Source: Tubiluchus corallicola (lineage: Eukaryota > Animalia > Priapulida). Taken from it: a stretch of DNA of 64,000 nt. The translations under genes were made by a program, and so were the position numbers. Below the pieces are notes generated by a model that ran no database searches, was not told where the DNA came from, and saw only the letters and a list, made by a program, of their open reading frames with translations. The stretch is from positions 1,116,001 through 1,180,000 of the forward strand of contig JAQGDQ010000022.1 of NCBI GenBank assembly GCA_030141605.1, in the 5' to 3' direction. This document shows positions 54,601 to 64,000 of this stretch, piece after piece. The first letter of the stretch is position 1; every line of letters begins with the position of its first letter.

Positions 54601-57600
54601 ACTTTGGACATTATACTAATCGAACCTATGCTAGTCGAGTCTAGTGCATTAGTCCACTACCAATAGGCCACACACCTTCTAGATATATAAAACCAAGATT
54701 ATGAATTTCCCTTTTCCGTTTTCCAGAATAATAACAATTACTGTGCCTGTGCCTGTAATTTTTAACACCACTCTCTAAATGCTTTCATAAAAGAAGTACA
54801 CAAGCTGCAAGGTTTTTTGAAGTTTCTGAGTATTTATGACACAATTAAGACATAAGTGACATTAAAGTTCATACAAAATTAGAAATCAGACGTAAAGTCA
54901 CAAAGAAATTGAGAGTTTTTCTGTCAGCAACTTATTCTGATACATAAAATCCCATACCACTTGTAAATTAGCCTCTCTATAAAGATGTGATCGCTCCACC
55001 CAGTGGGTGATGTCTGCATGTCTTGAACATTCGTTGTTAGTGGGCAGCTGCACAGTGCATAGATTTGCATATAATGCCATTGAACGACTCATTTAGCCAG
55101 TTATTTTAAAGACAGCAAGCTACTAAATACTGCAAAGGGTCATATGTAGTAATGTGCAAAATTTGTTATTATTTTATTTATTTAAAAAGTAATTTCTTGC
55201 ACTCTTGGAAAAGAAAACAGCCACACTGTTTTGCGTAAAATAGTTTGGATAAAGACTACATCAGCATTTCCAAAAGCAAAGATATTCACTGAGGGGGATA
55301 TCCAGGGATGGCGTATGCTCTCAGGTGTACATGCTTGTAGGTCTCCTGCGTTAGCAACTGCAAACACCAGACCGAAGAACTAAAAAATTTGTTTGCTTTT
55401 TGGGACGATTTATTAGAATCATCTATGATGAATATAAATTACATGTGGATATTTTAGGCCATTGCTATATGAAAAGAATGCAATATTCTACATAACATCT
55501 AATGATATGTCCATATATATTTATGTTGTCTAAATAAATAAATCTTGACTGTAAATTGAAACGTCAAACAAGAGAGAGCAACACGTACCTAATCAATTTC
55601 ACAGTAAAAGCGAGTTAATGTTAACTAGGTTCAAATTGTACAGTATAAAAATTAGACACCAGCCAGCAGTACAGCAGGCGAAAGATAGTAAAAAATACAA
55701 ACAGAATTTTCCTTCAATATAACTACGTATCAATATTATGTAGATACAAATTGGAGATCACACTGCTGTGTTTTCAGGTCTTTTCTGCAGTCTTTATGTT
55801 ATGTTAAATTGAGAATACAGCCAACAACAGGCCTTTTTCCATTGCTGACATCTCTGGAACTTGGAAATGATATAACTTTGATACCACCTTTCTACAATCA
55901 ATCTGGATACTGACTGACTGTATTATGGAGACCCCACCACCCCACCAGCTTCTTTTTGACCATATTCGCCTAATATGTGGAAGATTTAAATCAATGAAAA
56001 ATGCTGCACTGACCACGTTTTTTACTAGGCACGTGAATATTAGTTCAATACAAATGTCCAAGAGTGGATAAAGAGTGCTCACTGCAGCTGTGTTTAATTA
56101 CATTATCAGCATTTACCTACCACAGCAGTTGGAGGTGTGGCTTCGGAGAAATCAAGTTAATATGAACTAGTTCACTTATAATTTTTACACAAGAAAATTA
56201 AAAAAGTTACCTCTTTTTCCTATTGCTGGATGCATGCATTTCAATGCTCAGAACGACGAAGATACGAGCCACACTACGAACAAACCGCCTGGCTACTAGC
56301 TTGGCATCATCTCTTCTTACAGCACTGTCACTCTGCATTTCTCTTATTATGGTGGTCAGTAGTATATCTATCATCTAAGAAAAAAGTACCGCAAGTAATT
56401 ACAGTAAAACTTGTACAGTAAGCTGAGCTGGTTTGGTCCTTTTCCATAAAAGTTTGATCAATATCCAATGCATTGAAATTCCAGGGAATTTTGTAAATCC
56501 AACTGTTTATTATATATATTACAGGCTTTTATTTATATTTGCCGTGATTGATAGATTCAGACAGCCTGGAATTAACAGATGATATGCAAAATTACATTGT
56601 TCATTAGACTGTTGAAATTTTACGTTATCTTGTGTAATTGTGATACTATCACAAACACTATTATCACTATTAAATTAACCAACTTTCTATACAGCACAAC
56701 TCATAAATTGTAGTAACCAAAAACAGCATCAATAAGTGGTTTATTATAATGATAATGCATTCTGATAATGATAAAGAAATTGTCACACGAAATTCCTGAG
56801 TAGAAAACATCACAAAATTTGCCACAAAAATATGCTTCTTACAATGTCGGTTTTAACTGTATTTCACTTTACATTGATATGTGAAAAGCATAAATGTTAA
56901 AATGCACTGACTAAGCATTGTTCCTTAACTTATAAAACTACGATCAAGAATTAATATTGACTGACAAACCTCAGAACTGCATTTCGTCAACAAACAGTGA
57001 GTGAACTTGTCAAGCAATGCTGTGCCATTTTGTGATTTGAGGTAAGCCTGGTCTTCATAAACATCACCTATACCACTAAAATAACAAAAATGCAGACAAA
57101 TTAACAATACTCCTTGGGCAAAACATTTACTTGAAACAGTCTGTAAAGGAATATGTAATATTTGATACAGATCAGATCTATGAATAAGGGACTACTCAAT
57201 TTGTTGTGTTGTTACGATTTTTGATGCAGACAAGTTAACGTCTATCTACATTAAAAAAGATATCTGTAGTGAAACAAACCTGGATTCCTGCTTATTACAA
57301 CCTGTCATCATCATGGCCTGAACTGCCTTCCAGTCACTTAAAATTCTCTCAAGAGCTCGACGACTGAATCGAGGCGGCTCTAGGTCACGTTCCGGCATCC
57401 CAGGTTCTGCTAAACAAATTAATACCTTTGGCTTAACATGCATACACATATCGGATAAAAATTTCTGTCAGACAATTCAACCACAGAAATAGACAATATA
57501 ATAAGTGACTTAGTGAATGCAACAAAAGCACATACAAGTATTTAAAAGTAGTGGGTATCTTATTATTAAGGACATTTATCTTACTCAGTTCTACAATGCT

Positions 57601-60600
57601 AATGTCGCAAATTCACTCTATTGGTAAACAGTACACACAATGAAAATAGTTGTAATGCATTGATAAACAATAGTAACTTTCAAGAAAAATTAAGGAATTA
57701 TTGCTAATGCTTATTTTCTACTAGTGTTTGTTTGCGAAATAGACACATCACTATTAAATGATTATCAGAACCAATGTCAAGGTCTTGTTGGCTTCAACTA
57801 CATCATGGTCCTCGTGGACTACAGTTTTTGCTAATACTAGTTTGACTCTCTGCCTCATAGACACTAGTATCGATTTTAACATTGACCTTGAAACCTGGCT
57901 TTGAAATTTCTTCAACATTTGCGAAATTTCTATTAAAATAAAATTTCTGAATACTTTTATTAGTTGTTTTCATCAATTACTATATTGTACAGGAAAAATC
58001 CTAAAAATGAATTTATGCAAATTATTTCAAAAGCAACCTTAATATACCTAAAGCTCAGTATCCCGAGAAAATTGATTTTCGGTCTCAAAATGTACAGCTT
58101 TGCCCTTGGTATTGTCTTGGTCATTAATGTTGTACTTTTAATATTAGTCTTAAAGTTGGGTTTATGTCCTTAATCTTTGTCTCGGACACTCACTGGTCTT
58201 AGGCACATCTTTGATAATCATTCTACATTAACTTCACCAGAGTCTTAGACAAACTAAAGGCATGTTTAGTATAAAAACAAATGAACTCCAAAAAAGCACT
58301 GCTCACCAATATCAGGTATGGGCTTGCGAGAAATGGCTGTTGTTCTCGTACGAGATTGCCTGTATTGTCTCTGTTCGACCATCTGACGTCCAACAGTTTG
58401 AACAAGAAACAATAATACATTCTCATTCCTGTAGGAAAATGAATATTTACTTCAGTAGGTGCCAGTTTTACATGAGTACAAACAATTAAGGCAATATTAA
58501 CATTATTTATCATACCTATTACTGTGTGTGCAACTGCAACAGCCTGAATAATCCAATACATTTTCAACTAACCTGCTATTTGGCAAAGTGACAAGATCTG
58601 TGTCATTGACCAGTCTGTTCAAGACATCTAACCTAGCGACCTGCTTGCCAGCGACGAGTGACTTACATTTGCATCGCTCCCAACAGTCACAATAAGCCGT
58701 TGGAGCTGTGTGTTTTAACCTGATCAAAGAAAAATAGAGTATACTGTTGCATCAAAATATAGTTACATTATTTTAGTAACAGAAAAACATCATTAACAAT
58801 TTTAAAAAATGAGAAACTGATGTAGAGCAAACGAGAATTGCTGCTTACTTGCAGTCATGTCCTTTGTGACAAACCCGGGCGCATTCCGTACAACAGCAAA
58901 GTGTCTCTGTCAAACCGCATGTCCTACACTCGAATATATCCTACAACAAAACACAAAAATTTTCAAAACATGGAGAAAAAGTATGCTACAGTGAACACAA
59001 ATTGTTATGTTACTACCAAACAGTTCACTTAAATGTATTTACTTAAACTATGTTGCACATCAATGTTATTACATAAATATTATGAATACCACCAAAACAT
59101 AAAGAGCCAAAACAAAAATGCTGCAGATGAAACAAGCCAAAACAAAAAAGCAAACATTTTTTGGTAAACAATCAAAATGACTTTAGATAATTCTTATCTT
59201 AAATCAAACTAAAACCAACATTAGTTAAAATGGAAAACTTAATGAATAATAAAAGTTGCTTACTTAGTTTACAAAAAGTTTATGCCGACTGTTAAATTCA
59301 GCACATAATTTTTCACAACTTATTTAACAATTATATCTAGGTCAAAGTTTGCTTTGTTGTAATATTGTGCATTTTGCAACGTAACTGTGCTCAACCAATG
59401 CAGCCCTATTAATTAAGAAAAACAAAGCTGCAAGTATGACGATGGCAATCATTACTAACCTGGTTTATGTGTTCTTTGCCAGTCCAAGTAAAACTGCAAG
59501 TGTCGTTGCAGCACAGAACGTGCAATGGAGAATCGTCTACACTTGAGCCTGCTGGATATATCATGGACATAAGCACGGTATTATCTGCATGTGCCACAGA
59601 TTGGGCAGTATCCAGTATTACCATAGCAGCTTGATAAGCTCGGCCAGTGACCGCAGACATAAACGGTGTCGCTCCTTGTGCATCCCTACAAGATGATATG
59701 TTGACATAAAAAATCAAACCTTAGCCCAACTTTTTAACTTACAGTGATAACGAAAACTGCTATCCAGAAGGAGGCAAAAAACAGCTTTAAGCATGATGCT
59801 TTCTCTAAATAAGTAACAAAGGCATTAGAAACAAAACTGAAACCTTAACTAGAATGAAAGAAACCGTGAAAAGTACAGTCCTAGAAATGGCCCGGACTTA
59901 AATGTATTGTGCTGTTTGCTTTCAGTACAGAAGTCAGAAAAAACCTTTCTCTCCAAATACCTTTAATTTTGAAAATTTAAAATCAAGCTGTACTTTTTTG
60001 AACCAATAAAAATATTCATCAAAAACGAAATCATTCAAAACATGTGCAATGTGCTATGGCAAAACTGGATTTTTTTTGTACACTAAGAGAGATGTGATGC
60101 CAACCTTTCGTTACTCGTAGACAAGATGCCTTACAAAATGCAGAAACTATTTTCTAATAAACTAAGAACATTATAATTACATGGCAGATAAAAGCTGCAC
60201 TAAATGAGGTTTCAACGCTACAGATTCGCAAAGCATCCTGACAATCTTCATGGCGTTGTTTGCCCTATCCGCCCCGTCCAGTAACACAGGTGAAATGCTG
60301 TTACTTGAATAGAAAGATTGCAAAGACGACCCTGAAATATTGAAACAAGTGCTCAGAAGAATTTAAATGAAGACGAAATGAATTACGTTCGTAATTACTG
60401 GATGAAAAGTCATGAATTAAAATAAAGCTAGTTTTTCTTACTAGTAAAGCTGTTTGCTATGATGACAAATGGCAAGACAATATGCACAGTATATTAGCTT
60501 AAGAATGAGCCAACATACAAAAATAATTTAGTAGACTGCGCTGATAATACAGAATATAAGTTGGGCAATCTTACAAAAAAGACGGTAGTAAGGAAAACAA

Positions 60601-63600
60601 AATAATCAATACCGATATCAAGCTTTTTTGCTTTGACATTTTGTACCCTAATACAAAAATATGCTACATTGTATATATACAGACAATAAACACTAATATA
60701 CACTATATACACAAAAGCAATGGCTACATTACCAGTACTGTACAAAAAGCAGTGAGAAACTAAATTATAATAACAAAAGTGAATAAAAATGAAAATGATA
60801 GTGAAAAACATCGGTAGTCTCAAGTCTCTAACACAAAAATCACAAAAAAATATAATTTACAAAAGTAATGACCGTAAATTTTTCACACCCAATGTACAAA
60901 GCATTCGTAATAAATATGGCAAATACTAAGCAGCAGCTTGATTATAGTTAAGTTTTTTATATTTAACATGTAAGAATCCAAACTTCTCATGCACACAATT
61001 TAATGAGTGTAAATCCTGTATGTAAATGTAATCATTTCCAACTGTATTTATTACCCACCCTTGCAGCCAAGATCAGCCAGTGAACCAGTAGTGCCATAGC
61101 TTGCCAAAGCTCGCATGCTGTCACTGAATGTTTGCTCCATAACTGACCAAGTAAAGCCAGGAATTGGCATGGAGTGAGCATCGTCGTCCAGACCAACCAA
61201 TCCACGTGAAGCAGAGTTGGACCTCCGCAAACCACCGCTGCAATAATCAGTAGTAATAATAAATATGCCTGTTATTAACATAAAGTATAATCGGTTGAAT
61301 TTAAGAATTAATTTATAATATAATGGTAAAATTGTAATAAAAACAAAGAAAGAACTGCAGTTGATATAACAATTCTTGGAGCTAAATCAAAAATCAACAC
61401 AGATTAATAAATTAAAAAGCAAGACAATTTTTAAGAACATAGCTCATTTGACTTTCAGGCAGCGATGGCATCTTCTTACCAATGGGCACAAACAGCACAA
61501 ATCTCATGTGTATTTAAGTTCGTAATTTCAGAGTTGAAGTACAAAATTGCCCAGACGTTACTTTGTGTCGTGTAAATATTCACAGCTTTGTGAAGCTGGT
61601 ACAGAGCCTATTGTTATGCAATCATCAGATCAAAAATGTAGCACTGGTATGGCTGCGAGTATGTAACATCAAAGCACTAACGAAACTGGATTTCTGGGAT
61701 AATTATTGTTTTTTTTTTAATTTAAACCTTTAAAAAACAATATTTATGCTTCTTTTTAGATATTTTATGCTGTAAGTGTGAGATAGTAAGTGTACATTTT
61801 GCCAAGGACAGAATTAGGTACTACTTACTTTACCATTAATTGCTACGATAATATTATCAGTCGAGTTTGTAAGTCGACAGACTTGATACATTTAATGGCA
61901 ATGGTAACAAATCATCGGACTTTTGAAAGCACACTATGTAATTTTCACTCAACAGTAGGCTACTTATAACATTCGAGAAGCAGCAGTAACATATTAAGGC
62001 ACTGACCTGCGAGAACTATATTCAGTACTTCCTGAAGCAGATCCAACTGCACTGGCTAATGCTTCAACGGTACTCAGCGTTTCATTGATACCTCCAAAAC
62101 CATCTACAAAAACAATACGTTTCACAGTTCAACAAAAGCAAATGTTCGACTCACTAGTGTAATGGTATCATAAACAGCTGGAAGGGACTCATTGCACCCA
62201 TGTTAATGCTATGAAATGCCACTATTCAGAGAAGCTAAACTGGTTCCCGTGCATTCATCTTGTAATAAGTGTGAATTCGATTGTAATTTTGCCACTGAAT
62301 TTTCTCACAGAACTAAAGTAATTTAATGAATGTCAATTTTTTTCCTGATTTTCAAGTTGAATGTGCAAACATTTAACTACCTGGTTCCTAATTTGCAACT
62401 ATGATATTAACAAAAGAAAAACAAATCCCATTAATAAAACTTGGAAAATTAAATAACACTAACCTACTATTTATTGTCGTACACCAACAATAATTCGAAT
62501 GACCTCCTAACTAGTTATTTTGAAAAAAAGTTTATCAGCCTTACCAGTGTCTGCATCCTTGTTAGATGTAGGAAAACAAGAAGCAACTGCTATGTGAAAA
62601 ATATTCCTGTTACTGTCGCATCTCTCTTGCAAAACTTGCTGCAAACGATTACTACCATCTGTAACCAGCAAAGCTAAAATGTGTTTGATGCTTTCGACGT
62701 CACTTCGGAGAATGTATGGTATCAGCAACTGATTCTAAATAAAATGAAATGAAGTGAGACAAATGAGCCTCATAAAAGAATAAATTAAATAACTACTTAT
62801 CAAATGAACTAAGAAACAAATGTCGCTTTACTAATGAAGTAATGTGGCAATGACCAAGCTGATGTTGTATGGCGTGCTATGACATCATATTGTACAATAG
62901 AGAACAAAAGTTCAAAGCTTGTCATATCAGTAAGAGTGTAATATAATTGTGAGACACCTACTAAATTTAGATATTAGTTAGCGAGAAGTCTCAACATAAG
63001 TAAAGACAAAAGACAACTGATTAGACACCAGACATTGTCATTAAAATGCTGCAGCCACAGTGAGTTAAACAACACTGCAGTGCACTTTTCTTATCAAGAA
63101 AGCAGATAATTCAATGTCACTCTATGTCTATGCCATTTGTAGATGTGATGAAACAGAAATAATTTTTAACTGTAGTTCACATTTTTATATATAGACTGGC
63201 ACTCTACACGATAGAATCCAGCATTCAGCGACAGGACCTATTTAATTTAGATGGTTGCAGTGGGACTGGATATGATTATAGATGAAACACTGAACCATGG
63301 AGGTGTCTCAGTTACATTTGAACATGAATGCACTCAGCCCATCACTCAACAAGGTAAACAGCCAGAACTAGTATGATGAATTAAATCTCCCTTGGAACTG
63401 AACCTGAGCACTTATCTATCCAGCTGCTGATTAGCATCGGCGGGGTTACCTAACTTCTCCACACACACACACACTAAACAAACACTATTAATGTTTCCTT
63501 TAGTTCAAATATGATTACGGAGAACTTTACCTCAAGTGCCAAAGCAATGACTGCTGCTCTGTTTTTTACCGATGATGGGACATTATATAAAGACTGTACT

Positions 63601-63722
63601 CCTATGCCGAGACATTTCAGAGGCGGTAAGCTCACCCACATGGGATCACGGATACCTTCTAAACAATCACGAGCAAGAGGATAAACAGCTTTGTTCCCGT
63701 CAAGCAAAATCATCACAGAATC
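30604..63722 (-). CDS. UBR5: E3 ubiquitin-protein ligase UBR5/EDD/hyd, about 31 exons (5' end lies beyond the window)
   Basis: Exons include 63722-63531, 62734-62545, 62103-62007, 61237-61059, 60331-60181, 59685-59460, 58940-58849 and ~58719-58573 (UBR box [22 protein letters not shown]...CDCW), ~47242-45541, ~44992-44776, 44090-43844, 36822-36611 and ~36382-36253 (MLLE: LGERLYP...[10 protein letters not shown]), HECT exons at 35.2-32.4 kb, and the last exon 30816-30604 with [19 protein letters not shown]...TFGFV*. Confidence 0.97.
38138..39406 (+). CDS. BTB-BACK protein (BTBD1/2/3/6-like N-terminus) with MATH-like C-terminus; nested gene 1
   Basis: 422-aa uninterrupted ORF: BTB (DITFIVG...[17 protein letters not shown]...LLEYLYTD), BACK (WAEAECIRQ...LRFSAM...GPAKSGLLT), C-terminus ending [28 protein letters not shown] at 39414. 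Confidence 0.9.
   Translation: MPAETVNWRQSESLQKNLMYAFKNELMVDITFIVGQQQKSIKAHKLLLAMQSAVFEDMFSKRRESTVLIPDITPTVFSELLEYLYTDTIVFTKENSTQLIHCARKYGLPHLEDKVTRFLFCAADKETVCTIMNVAAKFCKTQLVQRCWEIIDSNADEIVTMENFTTLTYDTVLQLVNRETLGIKEGDLFHGVTRWAEAECIRQQLRPTTANQRSVLNNILLGLRFSAMGEQEFTDGPAKSGLLTAKEKLSVYKYKHSSKKPLPLFNDKPRMYPIPLHMEVPMQVLQKMYPCGELYRGGNRSQGAGAYWTLAIQRSKMECCKDEPSSAICVYICLCPDYKQQHFIICKGTVIKLINEDAAQCISHTTSEDALIGKGSGNTGKIFMKNNLPVTWDDLLDPNSGFLKDNTVVIEVLLKAQLINNA
40913..42199 (+). CDS. BTB-BACK-MATH-like protein; nested gene 2 (tandem paralog)
   Basis: ORF open from 40844, first ATG at 40913. [72 protein letters not shown]; collinear with gene 1. Confidence 0.9.
   Translation: MDETTGSTWRTDEHFQENFVYIFKKGLMTNVTFLVGEEGESIKAHKLVLATQSSEFQNMFYGPHSHPEESVFHISGINPETFRFFLEYIYTGKIEFTLQLATELINCAKKYNILKLEERAVKYLTSIVKKDTTCNIIEVATYYNKVDLIQKCWEVMDAYASYIIKTKAFLGLKYETVLQLVKRDSLGVSEGHLFSAILEWAMAECTRQYLEPTTANQREVLLEILYQLRLPSMEEKEFADGPAKSGLLSCEEKLNVYSYKFSSEKPVSIFPVEPRVFPTRLEFQIHGTELATLLPGHRSYHMQQHNSTSMSPIDRIYWKVCLRRCTENDCPKASMDGGCCLGVYVCPECDVRQFIIRKGTTLRLLNTDAQENMQYITPEDKHVGQGKDAGYGTHRLIAWEQLMDTDAGFLANDTVTIEVLLKSQGVEN
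42655..42970. repeat. GA-rich low-complexity tract plus (GT/GC)n microsatellite
   Basis: Purine-rich stretch followed by TGTGTGCGTG repeats. Confidence 0.75.
48644..49295. mobile_element. Non-autonomous Tc1/mariner (Tc2-like) MITE
   Basis: TIRs CCGTATATACTTATGTACAAGT versus CTGTATATACTTGCGTTCAAGT (reverse complement of the right end), with TA on both flanks. Confidence 0.75.
49791..50104. mobile_element. Degraded Tigger-like MITE
   Basis: The left end has repeated CGACTTATGAC motifs; the right end GAGGACTACCT matches the reverse complement of Tigger-type CAGGTAGTCCTCGACTTACGAC. Confidence 0.5.
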
Positions 63723-64000
63723 CTGAAAAGAAAATATTCACTTTTATGTAAACTAATTAATATAATGTGAAATGTACCAAACTTGAATACTTAAAAGTTC
63801 AGACGTCTCTCACTAAGCTCATTAATGTATAAAACTAATTAAAGAACAAAACCAAATATACATTTGCAATTAGGTGCAAACTGAATAAAGAAACCTACAG
63901 GAAAACATGAAGTATGAAAATCATTTACATTTTAGTAAAAGCAACTGCTTATATATATAAAAAAAAAAAAAAAAAAACAGAACCCAATAAATCCTTGTCT

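Noticed and set aside
54450-56200. Intronic snoRNA or coding exon in this UBR5 intron
   Set aside because: No convincing C/D or H/ACA box arrangement, and no recognisable UBR5 similarity in the short ORFs.
62145-62260. tRNA-like GTTCGA box (similar patches near 660-700, 54620-54670 and 63190-63470)
   Set aside because: No cloverleaf can be formed; probably old SINE relics, too degraded to annotate.

Overview
AT-rich, intron-rich animal genomic DNA, probably invertebrate; the taxon cannot be fixed from sequence alone. In order: the 3' half of PPT1 (+), including a 15-nt micro-exon; POLD2 (-), almost intronless, with a hAT element in its predicted single intron; MTHFSD (+), head-to-head with POLD2; three related, unannotated genes on the minus strand at 17.8-28.1 kb; and the 3' portion of UBR5/hyd (-), whose 7-kb intron hosts two antisense single-ORF BTB-BACK-MATH-like genes. 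The most interesting signal is the three-gene cluster. One copy splices cleanly into a ~190-210 aa protein whose helix pattern, cysteine pair and phase-0 intron positions resemble IL-6/G-CSF/LIF long-chain four-helix cytokines, and the two flanking copies are decayed. Several MITEs, LINE relics and tandem repeats are also present. All gene models were built by eye from splice signals and recalled homology; no searches were run.
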